This document shows, piece after piece, positions 1 to 8,549 of a stretch of 38,270 nucleotides of DNA; position 1 is the stretch's first letter, and the number at the start of each line of letters is the position of its first letter. The notes below the pieces were generated by a model. The model worked only from the letters and a program-made list of their open reading frames with translations, ran no database searches and had not been told where the DNA came from. The DNA comes from Clostridia bacterium (GTDB taxonomy: Bacteria > Bacillota > Clostridia > DUPQ01): NCBI GenBank assembly GCA_041678685.1, contig JBAYNV010000004.1:1-38270 (forward strand). Direction: 5' to 3'. Made by a program: the position numbers and the translations under genes.

Positions 1-690
1 ATCCTTTATATATATGTTTTCTATATCACCGCGTGCAAGATCACGGTTTTCAAGGCGTTCGATGCTGTCGTCTGCATTTAAAGCTATCATATCATCATTT
101 GTCTGACCGTCTGAGAGCGCCCTGATATTTTCCACATAACCGTTTCTTACTTCACCTCCGAAATGAAGGCCATCCTGATTATATGAAAGCTGCTCGCTTC
201 TGAACCCTATGTTTTTTATAACGAAATTTTCTATCCTGGAAAAACGCATATAGTAGGTCACGCTGTTAGCTATGACCATATCGGTCAGTATCAGGTTTTT
301 GACGCCTACGAAATTCAGGCATGCGCCGGAATTGGCATTTGGATCAAAAAGATCCTTATTCTTTACATTATATTTCCCGCCGAAGCCTCCGTCCCATATA
401 CCGCCTTTAATGGTAATATTCAAGTTACCGGTGATGGGATCTGCATTTGTCAGAAGGAAGTCGCCTCTGTGATGCGGTGACTCTCCGCAGACAAACAAAT
501 GGGCATCGTTATCTGCTGATAAGAAAGTATCCGAATGGACTTTCAGTGTAGTTGCGATCCTGTAATTCCCACCTGGTATCACTACCGTCTGACATCCTGC
601 ATCCAGTGCTTTCTGTATGGACTCACTGTCGTCAGTTATTCCGTCTCCTATTGCCCCTGTATCTTTTATGTTTATCAAATGTTTATTCAT
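1..690 (-). CDS. Right-handed beta-helix / pectate-lyase-superfamily (polygalacturonase-like) protein, N-terminal 230 codons; the 3' end lies outside the window
   Basis: Absent from the ORF track because it runs off the edge. The reverse complement from the ATG at 690 reads MNKHLINIKDTGAIGDGITDDSESIQKALDAGCQTVVIPGGNYRIATTLKVHSD... and stays open to position 1. The D-x-GA-x-GDG-x-TDD-x-x-IQ-x-A N-terminus is typical of the Pectate_lyase_3 beta-helix family. An in-frame TAG lies 13 codons upstream with no alternative start between. No clear Shine-Dalgarno sequence. Confidence 0.6.
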   Translation of the reverse strand, partial: MNKHLINIKDTGAIGDGITDDSESIQKALDAGCQTVVIPGGNYRIATTLKVHSDTFLSADNDAHLFVCGESPHHRGDFLLTNADPITGNLNITIKGGIWDGGFGGKYNVKNKDLFDPNANSGACLNFVGVKNLILTDMVIANSVTYYMRFSRIENFVIKNIGFRSEQLSYNQDGLHFGGEVRNGYVENIRALSDGQTNDDMIALNADDSIERLENRDLARGDIENIYIKD

Positions 691-748
691 AGTAAGGATT
701 TTAGCACTATAAATAAAAGAAGTCGACTATTTGTCAACTTCTTTTTTT

Positions 749-831
749 TGGTGCGGCCATCGGGACTTGAACCCGAATGGTCTCCCATACGCCCCTCAAA
801 CGTACGCGTCTGCCAGTTTCGCCATGGCCGC
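749..831 (-). tRNA. tRNA-Leu (anticodon GAG), type II with long variable arm, CCA encoded
   Basis: The reverse complement is GCGGCCA-UG-GCG-AAACUGGCAGA-CGC-G-UACGU-UUGAGGG-GCGUA-UGGGAGACCAU-UCGGG-UUCAAGU-CCCGA-UGGCCGC-ACCA. It has a 7-bp acceptor stem and a T-loop UUCAAGU. The anticodon loop has U33, GAG and G37. The variable arm is UGG/CCA. Confidence 0.85.
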
Positions 832-843
832 TCACTTCTCAAA

Positions 844-872
844 ATTATATATACTTCGTTTTTATTTGTCAA
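844..872 (-). promoter_or_regulatory. SigA-type promoter for tRNA-Leu: TTGACA - 17 nt - TATAAT
   Basis: On the minus strand, TTGACA (867-872) and TATAAT (844-849) both match consensus exactly, with a 17-nt spacer. The -10 element ends about 12 nt upstream of the tRNA 5' end. Confidence 0.6.
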
Positions 873-944
873 CGGATTTTTGGTAAGTCTTGATTTATAT
901 TCTGCCAAAATGTAAAATGTATAAATACAAAAGGAGCTTATCTG

Positions 945-1790
945 ATGAGTGAAATAAAAAGACCCGAATATAATAACCAGAAAGTAAAGGTAAGTAAGTT
1001 TTCGGTTTTTATGGATATACTGAAAATCAGATTTTGGAACATTGCGAAACTGAACCTTATATGCATGGGAATATATTCTATATTCATAATCGTTTATGCA
1101 GTATATCTGTCAAACATATTCATACCGTTTGATCTGTCGGATTTTGAAGAAGGTTATACGAATTTCGGTGAACTGCTGTCACTGGTGGTCGTCAGGATAC
1201 CATATGTTTTGGTACTTTTCACTATACCTGTCGTAGCATTCGGACCTGCTGTCTCAGGCATGGCCGTGGTATTTAGAAGCTATGTCCGCAGGGATGACAG
1301 TTTCTCATCCGACTTTACAGACGGATTGAAGAAATTTTTCTGGAAATCGCTTGCGATCTCCACTATCAGCACAGTCATTCTTGTATGTCTTGGCATAGCG
1401 TTTCGATGGTATCTGATCAATCTTGATCCGGGTTTTTTGAAAGTATTCCTTTTGATGATGATAGGGCTCTTCTCGTTATTCTTCCTGATGATGCATTTAT
1501 ATGTCTATCAGATACTGGTAGAATACGATCTGTCTATCTGGAAGTGCTATAAAAATTCATATACTTTTGCGATACTCAGATTCATTCCGAATCTTCTGAT
1601 CATAACCGGTATAGCGGCTATAACAGTACTGCCATTCTTTATACACGTACTTGTAGGTGCTGTGTTGATGTTCATAATACTGTTTGGTATATCTGCATAC
1701 ATTATAAACTTCTTCGCATGGCCTGCTTTGGAAAAGCATCTTGATCCCATAATGAAAGAAGCAAAAATACCGAAAGTAAGGCTTTATTAA
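945..1790 (+). CDS. Polytopic membrane protein, DUF624 / YesL-like
   Basis: 281-aa ORF with an AAAGGAG RBS 7 nt upstream. It has several hydrophobic helices. The N-terminal pattern (FSVFMDILKIRFWNIAKLNLICM...) resembles YesL/DUF624 proteins. Family assignment is from memory only. Confidence 0.55.
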   Translation: MSEIKRPEYNNQKVKVSKFSVFMDILKIRFWNIAKLNLICMGIYSIFIIVYAVYLSNIFIPFDLSDFEEGYTNFGELLSLVVVRIPYVLVLFTIPVVAFGPAVSGMAVVFRSYVRRDDSFSSDFTDGLKKFFWKSLAISTISTVILVCLGIAFRWYLINLDPGFLKVFLLMMIGLFSLFFLMMHLYVYQILVEYDLSIWKCYKNSYTFAILRFIPNLLIITGIAAITVLPFFIHVLVGAVLMFIILFGISAYIINFFAWPALEKHLDPIMKEAKIPKVRLY

Positions 1791-2557
1791 ATAGCGGACT
1801 GGTTTTCCATCATATCATCCATGCTGTACATACCTGCAGGTAATTTTTCTATAAACTGTGCGGCTTTTAACGCTCCCTGTGCAAGTATATCCCTGGAAGT
1901 TGCTTCATGTGATATCGTTATGACTTCGTCTCTGCCAGCAAACATCACTTCGTGCTGACCTATTATGGTACCGCCTCTGACGGAATGGATCCCTATTTCG
2001 TTTTGGGATCTCTTTTCGTGCTTTTCATGCCTGTCATATATGTATTCCATAGAGTTCTTCAAAGAGGAGTTTATCTCATCCGCTATCTTTAGAGCTGTAC
2101 CGCTTGGCGCGTCCACTTTCTGATTGTGATGTTTTTCAATGATCTCGATGTTGTAGTCATTGCCAAGGAAACGGGCAGCTTCCCTGCACAGTCTGATCAG
2201 AAGATTTATACCAAGACTCATATTTGCGCTCTGGAAAACAGGGACATGCTTGGAAAGCCCGGCAAGCATCGCTTTTTGGTCTTCATCCAGGCCTGTTGTT
2301 GCATATACAAGAGGCTTTTTTGCTTTTCTGCAGTAATCAGTTATCTTCTGTATCCCCGACGGATGCGAGAAGTCCAGGACCACATCGATCCCGATGCTTT
2401 TATCAAGCATGTCAATGTCACTGAAGGCAGGGTAGGTGTTAGCCGCATTATTACGGATATCGATACCTGCAGCTATCCTGATATCTTCACGCTCAGAACA
2501 TATCCTTGTTATGGTCTGACCCATTCTGCCATTGCATCCTGCTAAAAGAATATTCAT
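1787..2557 (-). CDS. dapB: 4-hydroxy-tetrahydrodipicolinate reductase
   Basis: The N-terminal Rossmann motif is MNILLAGCNGRMGQ. The signature EKHHNQKVDAPSGTA is present. The start overlaps the dapA stop as ATGA. Confidence 0.9.
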   Translation of the reverse strand: MNILLAGCNGRMGQTITRICSEREDIRIAAGIDIRNNAANTYPAFSDIDMLDKSIGIDVVLDFSHPSGIQKITDYCRKAKKPLVYATTGLDEDQKAMLAGLSKHVPVFQSANMSLGINLLIRLCREAARFLGNDYNIEIIEKHHNQKVDAPSGTALKIADEINSSLKNSMEYIYDRHEKHEKRSQNEIGIHSVRGGTIIGQHEVMFAGRDEVITISHEATSRDILAQGALKAAQFIEKLPAGMYSMDDMMENQSAI

Positions 2558-3426
2558 TTTATCACTCCAAGTTCGATCATTTCATTCTTTAAAAGCAGGG
2601 AGTTTTTGCTTTCCATCTCAACAAGCGGCAGACGCAGCATTCCGCTGTCAAGACCTAAAAGCTCCATCGCTTTCTTTACCGGAATGGGATTCGTTTCCAT
2701 GAAAAGAAGCCTGCAGAGTTTATTCGTTCTGTAAAAAAGTTCACGGCTTTCCTCTATTTTATTGTTTAAAAACAGACTGTTCATTTTAACCACATGCTCG
2801 GGTACGACGTTTGAAAGCACTGAGATCACTCCCTGTGCGCCAAGGGCAAGAGCCGGCAGGTTTATGCCATCATCACCACTGTACACAGTGAAATCACCTG
2901 TTGTGCACTGTATTACATCAGCCATCTGAGCAAGATTGCATTCCTTGACTCCGACGATATTACTGACCTGAGATAATGCGGACATCACATCAGTGTCGAT
3001 ATTCATTCCGGTCCTGCTAGGAATATTGTATATCAGCAGGGGAAGGGGAGTAGATGAAGCGATGTATTTGAAATGCTCTAAAAGCCCATGTTTTGATGTT
3101 TTATTATAGTACGGTGCTGTCACCAATATGGCATCAGCACCAGCCTTATATGCATTTACAGACAGATGAGCGCTGTGCCTTGTGTCATTGCAGCTCGTTC
3201 CTGCGATCACAGGGATCTTCTTGTTTACTTTTTTTGCAGTGAAAGAAATGACTTCGATCCTTTCTTTGTCGGTCATTGTTGAAGCTTCTCCTGTCGTACC
3301 GCACACTATTATTGCATTGATGCCTGCGTTGAGCTGACGGTCAAGCTGTCGGCCAAGATCATCGAAGTTTATGCCTTTTTTATTGAACGGTGTTATTACT
3401 GCCGTTGCAGCGCCTTTAAATAACAT
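2554..3426 (-). CDS. dapA: 4-hydroxy-tetrahydrodipicolinate synthase
   Basis: Motifs CGTTGEASTMT and the active-site Lys context VGVKEC are present. The ORF track starts at 3441 (MGEID...). The ATG at 3426 (MLFKGAATAVITPF, the canonical DapA N-terminus) is preceded by GGGAGA at good spacing and does not overlap asd. Confidence 0.88.
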   Translation of the reverse strand: MLFKGAATAVITPFNKKGINFDDLGRQLDRQLNAGINAIIVCGTTGEASTMTDKERIEVISFTAKKVNKKIPVIAGTSCNDTRHSAHLSVNAYKAGADAILVTAPYYNKTSKHGLLEHFKYIASSTPLPLLIYNIPSRTGMNIDTDVMSALSQVSNIVGVKECNLAQMADVIQCTTGDFTVYSGDDGINLPALALGAQGVISVLSNVVPEHVVKMNSLFLNNKIEESRELFYRTNKLCRLLFMETNPIPVKKAMELLGLDSGMLRLPLVEMESKNSLLLKNEMIELGVIK

Positions 3427-3428
3427 AT

Positions 3429-4427
3429 CTATTTCTCCCATATCTTTATAAGTTCTTCAGCTATCTGTACGGCATTGGTCGCAGCGCCTTTTCGTACATT
3501 ATCAGCGACCACCCATAAATTGAGTCCTGATTCCACGGATTCATCTCTTCTGATCCTGCCCACATATGTCAGGTCCGTATCTGCGGCAACTGTTGCAAGA
3601 GGGTAAACATTGTTTTTTATTTCATCCATCAGTTTTACTCCGGGTGCTTTATCCAGTATCTTAAATACTTCCGATATTTCAAACGTTTTGTTGAATTCCA
3701 CATTGATGGACTCACTGTGGCTCTTCATTACAGGAACTCTTACGCATGTTGCCGTTATTCTAAGATCAGGATCATGGAACATTTTTCTTGTTTCATTTAC
3801 CATCTTCACTTCTTCCTTGGTATAGGCATTGTCCAGGAATATATCTATCTGCGGGATACAGTTGTTTGCTATAGGATGCGGGAACTTTTTAGGGGGCGCT
3901 CCTGCCAGTGAAGCGGTCAGCTCATCACATCCTGTTTTTCCTGCACCGGAAACAGACTGAAATGTAGTATAAACGATCCTTTTTATACCATACTTATCAT
4001 ACAGCGGTTTCAGTGCAACAACAGCCTGTATGGTAGAGCAGTTCGGATTGGCAATTATGCCTTTCTGCCATTCGATATCTTCTTTATTTACTTCGGGGAC
4101 AACAAGAGGGACATCAGGATCCATTCTCCATGCGTTGCTGTTATCGATCACAACTGCTCCGTGTGCCTTTGCTATAGGTGCATATATCTTTGATATATCA
4201 CCTCCGGCTGAGAACAGGGCAATGTCTATATGCCTGTCAAAAGAATTTTCTGTGAGCGTTTCAACTGTGTATCGTACACCGTTGAACATGACAGGATTGC
4301 CTTCTGATCTTTCAGATGCAAAGAAATAGATGTGGTCTATAGGGAGATCCCTCTCTTCAAGGACTTTGATAAATGTTCTTCCGACCATTCCCGTTGCGCC
4401 AACTATTGCAAAATCATATTTTTTCAT
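3429..4427 (-). CDS. asd: Aspartate-semialdehyde dehydrogenase
   Basis: The N-terminal motif is FAIVGATGMVG. The active-site Cys context IANPNCSTI and the motif SVSGAGK are present. Length is 332 aa. Confidence 0.9.
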   Translation of the reverse strand: MKKYDFAIVGATGMVGRTFIKVLEERDLPIDHIYFFASERSEGNPVMFNGVRYTVETLTENSFDRHIDIALFSAGGDISKIYAPIAKAHGAVVIDNSNAWRMDPDVPLVVPEVNKEDIEWQKGIIANPNCSTIQAVVALKPLYDKYGIKRIVYTTFQSVSGAGKTGCDELTASLAGAPPKKFPHPIANNCIPQIDIFLDNAYTKEEVKMVNETRKMFHDPDLRITATCVRVPVMKSHSESINVEFNKTFEISEVFKILDKAPGVKLMDEIKNNVYPLATVAADTDLTYVGRIRRDESVESGLNLWVVADNVRKGAATNAVQIAEELIKIWEK

Positions 4428-4454
4428 TTTTCACCAACCTGTTAACATATTATA

Positions 4455-4676
4455 TCAAAAAAAGGCTGCGCATGCGAGCCTTCTTTAAGATGTAAAATCT
4501 AAAAGTGACAGCTCACCATCATATTATCATATGATGACAGTCAGACAGCTGTTCGCCATCCGCCCAGATCAGACATCGTTAAGGCAGTGTCCTCTTCGGC
4601 GGCTCATCCTTTTGCTGTCCATCATTCTGCCTTAACAGTCAGAACAGTTACTAATAATTCCCGCGCCTCTATCAAT
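4455..4676 (-). promoter_or_regulatory. Lysine riboswitch (L-box) leader with intrinsic terminator as expression platform, upstream of asd-dapA-dapB
   Basis: The minus strand reads GATAGAGGCGCGGGAATTATTAGTAAC...GAGCCGCCGAAGAGG...AGCTGTCTGACTGTCA. These correspond to the conserved L-box blocks AGAGGCGC, AGTA, GCCGAAG and CTGTCA. It is followed by the hairpin AAGGCTCGCATGCGCAGCCTT plus T7 (about 4457-4482). The downstream genes are lysine-pathway genes. Confidence 0.75.
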
Positions 4677-4685
4677 ATTATTGGC

Positions 4686-4714
4686 AGTATAACAGTAAAT
4701 ATATATAATGTAAA
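4686..4714 (-). promoter_or_regulatory. Promoter of the L-box/asd operon: TTTACA - 17 nt - TATACT
   Basis: Minus-strand -35 TTTACA (4709-4714) and -10 TATACT (4686-4691) sit about 10 nt upstream of the riboswitch P1 region. Confidence 0.5.
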
Positions 4715-4787
4715 GTAAAAATTTCAGATTTTTTACATCAGCATGATATAATTTGTATAGATTAAGCCGTATCCTGGGGGTGATACA

Positions 4788-5729
4788 ATGATTTTTAAAA
4801 TAATTCTGATATGCGTGGCAGCTTTGGCCGTTATATTTATTATCCTGTCTTTCATTGCAGGGAACATCATGTTCAGTATGGTGCTTATTCCGAAGTCAGA
4901 TAAAAATATGATGAAGAAGAAAAAAATCGATATGAGCGAAGACGTCATTAAGTTTTTTAATGATATGACCTCATGGGTCAATGAGCACTGCACGCGAAAG
5001 ATCGAAATAACGACATTTGACGGCCTGAAGCTCAAAGCAAAACTTATCGAGCAGAAGGACAGCGATAAATGGGCTATAGTTGTTCACGGTTATACAAGTG
5101 TAGGAGACCATATGCAGCCTTTTGCCCAGAAATATTCTGAAGCCGGGTATAACGTTCTTATACCGGATCTTAGGGGGCACGGTGAAAGCGAAGGAAGATA
5201 CGCCACGATGGGATACTACGACAGTGTGGATATCATCGAATGGGTCTATGAAATTTTGAAGATGAATGAAAATGCAAAGATAGTTCTGCACGGTTTATCG
5301 ATGGGTGCTGCGACTGTTATGGTCGCAACAGGAGAAGATCTTACCGGACATGTCAGATGCGCAGTCGAGGATTGCGGTTATACATCGGTCTTTGAGGAAT
5401 TCCGATCACAATCGTCCACAATAGCAAAACTTCCTTCATTGCCTATTCTTACAGCGGCAAATATACTGGCTAATATACGCATAAAGATGGATTTTCGTAA
5501 GAACAGCGCACTGGATTCAGTTAAAAAATCAAAAACACCCACGCTTTTCATACACGGAGACCAGGATGCCTTTGTGCCTTACAGGATGCTTGACGAGCTG
5601 TATTCGAGCGCATCTTGTGAAAAGGATATCCTGATAGTTCCAGGAGCGGCACACGGCGAATCAGCTGCCAGGGAACCGCAGATGTATTGGAATAAAGTAT
5701 GGGGTTTTGTTAATAAGTATATCGGTTAA
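4788..5729 (+). CDS. Membrane-anchored alpha/beta-fold hydrolase
   Basis: It has an N-terminal TM helix and the nucleophile elbow HGLSMGA (GxSxG). HG and D/H motifs are also present (VVHGYTS, IHGDQDAFV, GAAHG). An extended -10 TGATATAAT lies at 4744-4752 and the RBS is GGGGGTGA. Confidence 0.75.
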   Translation: MIFKIILICVAALAVIFIILSFIAGNIMFSMVLIPKSDKNMMKKKKIDMSEDVIKFFNDMTSWVNEHCTRKIEITTFDGLKLKAKLIEQKDSDKWAIVVHGYTSVGDHMQPFAQKYSEAGYNVLIPDLRGHGESEGRYATMGYYDSVDIIEWVYEILKMNENAKIVLHGLSMGAATVMVATGEDLTGHVRCAVEDCGYTSVFEEFRSQSSTIAKLPSLPILTAANILANIRIKMDFRKNSALDSVKKSKTPTLFIHGDQDAFVPYRMLDELYSSASCEKDILIVPGAAHGESAAREPQMYWNKVWGFVNKYIG

Positions 5730-5740
5730 AAAGTCTGCTG

Positions 5741-7234
5741 TTATCCTTTGAACGGATTCTCTGTCTTGTACAGCATTCCTTTGGGCTGGTTGAATCCGAT
5801 ATCATTTATACCAAGTAGTTTCACCGTTTCAAACATTATTGACGCCACATCGCCAAAACCAACGCCTGCATGGTGAGGGAACTGCTTTTCTATGAGCACA
5901 TGGCGGTAGAATCTTGCCATTTCAGGAATCGCGATGACTCCGATGCCTCCGAACGACTTAGGATCCACATTCAACACTTCGCCTTTGGCGATGTATGTTC
6001 TTAGCTGCGCATCAGCAGTGGACTGCAGACGAAACAGTGTGATATCACCGGCTTTTATAGTTCCGTCTAAAGCGCCTCTGCTGTAGAAAGGCTCGCTGTC
6101 AGGTTCCATCAGACGTTTCATTATTATCTGATAGCCAAGCGTCCCTGTACCGCTAGCCAGGTTGCATAATGACGTGTTGCCGCAATGGAATCCCATGAAC
6201 AGATCGTCATTTGCATATTTGGAATTCGGTTTTATGGATTTTTTGTACATATCATGAGGTACCGTATTATTTATATCCAGAAGCGTGGGAGTAGCTTCTG
6301 TCGCAAGATACAGCATATATTCTGACAGAGCTCCGTATATATCTGTTTCGCATGCGATGGGATAACCCTTAGCGCACATACGGGAGTTTACATAACATGG
6401 AACACAATGGAACTGAGTCTGGAACGCAGGCCAGCATTTATTTGCAAATGCGGCATATTGAGATGCTTCAAGGTTATTGTCCATCCAATCGGTAAGAGTC
6501 AGTTCAAGCTGGGCAAGTTCCTCCATTACTGCAGGGTAGCTGTTGCGCCCGCACAATTCCGCTTCCATTTCTTTTTTGATTTTAGGGATACGTTTATCAT
6601 TTGCATGCTTATTGAACGCTTCGAAGAGATCAAGCTCCGAGTTCTCCTGTATTTCCACTCCAAGATCAAAGAGAGGCCTGATAGGAGCGTTGCATGCCAG
6701 GAAATTATACGGTCTGGGGCCAAAAGCAAATATCTTGAGTTTTCTCATGCCTATGATGATCCTTGAGATCGCTAAGAAAGGAACGATCATCGCTGCGACT
6801 TCGTCCGGGTAGCCCACAGGATATCCGGGTATATATGATCTTATCCCTCTTAAACCGAGGTTATATGATGCGTTCAGCATTCCGCAGAAAGCATCGCCTC
6901 TGTTGCCGTTTAAAGCGTCGCCGCTGTTTTCTTCACCTGCCGCACAGAACATAGTCGGAGTCCCAAACTTCTGGGCAAGCATCGTTTCTGGTCCCTCCGG
7001 CCCAAAATTACCGAGATATATGACAAGTGCATCTATGTTATTTTTTCTTATATCTTCCAGTGCTTTGAGTACATCATTTTCATTCTGTACCATTACAGGA
7101 CATTCATATATTTCACGTCCGAGCTTTCTGTATTCCTTAACGACAGCAGCTCTCCTGTTTTTTGAAAGCTCGCTCGGAAAGCAGTCACGGCTTACGGCAA
7201 CTATCCCTAAACGGATCATTGGTGAATTATTCAT
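5741..7234 (-). CDS. L-fucose/L-arabinose isomerase family protein (COG2407-like), substrate unknown
   Basis: The 497-aa ORF begins IRLGIVAVSRDCFP... and contains ...DALVIYLGNFGPE.... Its overall layout resembles fucose-isomerase-like proteins. The RBS is GGAGGT. Assignment is by recollection of the family pattern. Confidence 0.6.
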   Translation of the reverse strand: MNNSPMIRLGIVAVSRDCFPSELSKNRRAAVVKEYRKLGREIYECPVMVQNENDVLKALEDIRKNNIDALVIYLGNFGPEGPETMLAQKFGTPTMFCAAGEENSGDALNGNRGDAFCGMLNASYNLGLRGIRSYIPGYPVGYPDEVAAMIVPFLAISRIIIGMRKLKIFAFGPRPYNFLACNAPIRPLFDLGVEIQENSELDLFEAFNKHANDKRIPKIKKEMEAELCGRNSYPAVMEELAQLELTLTDWMDNNLEASQYAAFANKCWPAFQTQFHCVPCYVNSRMCAKGYPIACETDIYGALSEYMLYLATEATPTLLDINNTVPHDMYKKSIKPNSKYANDDLFMGFHCGNTSLCNLASGTGTLGYQIIMKRLMEPDSEPFYSRGALDGTIKAGDITLFRLQSTADAQLRTYIAKGEVLNVDPKSFGGIGVIAIPEMARFYRHVLIEKQFPHHAGVGFGDVASIMFETVKLLGINDIGFNQPKGMLYKTENPFKG

Positions 7235-7370
7235 ATTGGACCTCCATATTATTGATTTGATATTCTGATTTTATACTGTACTTGGATTTTAGTAAAGACT
7301 TTATGATGAAATCATATATATATGTATGCTATAATCTTTTTATAAAAATTTGACTTGAAAAGGTATTAAT

Positions 7371-8477
7371 ATGGAAAAATCAGTTGTCAAAATGCACGAT
7401 TTCTATAACTTCAAAGCTAATGCACCCGTGTACCAGATAGAATTCGGATGGTATGTGAAGGAAAAGTGGAAAGCACAGGGTTGGACGAATGATGATACGG
7501 TCTTTTCTGATTTATTTGGATTTGATCAGGCCGCAAAACACTATCTTGGTAACGGCGGATGGTGTACCGCTCCTCTTAATCCGTATTTTGAGGAAAAAGT
7601 ACTGTCAGAAACAGACGAATATGAGATGGTACAGGATGCGGTCGGCAGAAAGCTTTTATGCTTCAAAGGCAGAAGAAGCGGTTTTATGCCCTCATATCTT
7701 GAACATCCGGTAAAGGATATTCAGACATGGGAGGAGAACATAAAATGGAGGATGGATCCGGGATCTGAAGAAAGGTATACAGATCTTGAAGACAGAATGG
7801 CAAAAGCAAAGGAATTCGTCAAGAGGGATTTTATCATATGCCAGAACATAGTAGGAGGATATATGTACCTTCGTTCTCTTATAGGTCCTGAGGATGTCAT
7901 GTATAAGTTTTACGATGATCCGAAACTGATACATAAATGTATGGAATCCTGGCTGGAAGTCGAAGATAAGTTATGCGAGACACATCAGAAATATCTGACT
8001 TTCGACGAACTGTACCTCGGGGAAGATATATGCTACAATCATGGCCCGCTGATATCTCCCGATATGATAAAGGAATTTCTTTTCCCGTACTATTCCCAGC
8101 TTATATCCAACGTGAAGAGAAGGCAGATGGATAAGGCCAGAAAACTTCACATTCAGATAGACACTGACGGTTTTTCCGTTCCCGTGATAGACCTGTACAA
8201 GTCGATAGGCATGGACTATATGTCTCCGTTTGAAGTGGCGTCAGGCTGTGATGTCGTAGAAGTCAGGAAGAAACATCCTGATCTGCTGATAGCGGGAGGA
8301 TTTGACAAGAGGATCATAGCCGCAGGCAAAGATGCCATCGACAGGGAAGTGGACAGGATAATGCCTTTCATGGTCAGATACGGAGGATATATCCCGACAT
8401 GTGATCACGGAGTCCCTGAGGAAGTGGAATTCATGGACTATCTTCATTACAGGAACAGGATGAGGGAGTTCGCCTGA
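7371..8477 (+). CDS. Uroporphyrinogen decarboxylase (URO-D) family TIM-barrel protein, function unknown
   Basis: The 368-aa ORF has a C-terminal half typical of URO-D/MtaA-like proteins (IQIDTDGFSVPVIDLYKSIGMDYMSPFE...LLIAGGFDKR...DREVDRIMP...GGYIPTCDHGVP). An extended -10 TGCTATAAT lies at 7327-7335. Confidence 0.65.
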   Translation: MEKSVVKMHDFYNFKANAPVYQIEFGWYVKEKWKAQGWTNDDTVFSDLFGFDQAAKHYLGNGGWCTAPLNPYFEEKVLSETDEYEMVQDAVGRKLLCFKGRRSGFMPSYLEHPVKDIQTWEENIKWRMDPGSEERYTDLEDRMAKAKEFVKRDFIICQNIVGGYMYLRSLIGPEDVMYKFYDDPKLIHKCMESWLEVEDKLCETHQKYLTFDELYLGEDICYNHGPLISPDMIKEFLFPYYSQLISNVKRRQMDKARKLHIQIDTDGFSVPVIDLYKSIGMDYMSPFEVASGCDVVEVRKKHPDLLIAGGFDKRIIAAGKDAIDREVDRIMPFMVRYGGYIPTCDHGVPEEVEFMDYLHYRNRMREFA

Positions 8478-8549
8478 GCATATTGTGTTTTTATTGCGTA
8501 TGTAATGGTAATTATATATAATTAGCAGATAAATCGGAGGTTCATAAGA

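Noticed and set aside
728-873. 11-bp direct repeats around the tRNA as att sites or a target-site duplication of an integrated element
   Set aside because: Only about 135 bp lie between them, and that space holds nothing but the tRNA. Each repeat coincides with a -35 promoter hexamer. No integrase or foreign cargo is nearby.
535-915. 126-aa plus-strand ORF (and the 73-aa minus-strand ORF 687-908) spanning the tRNA region
   Set aside because: They overlap a well-folded tRNA-Leu gene, its promoter and the 5' end of the minus-strand beta-helix CDS. Their composition is Cys- and Phe-rich junk. They have no RBS.
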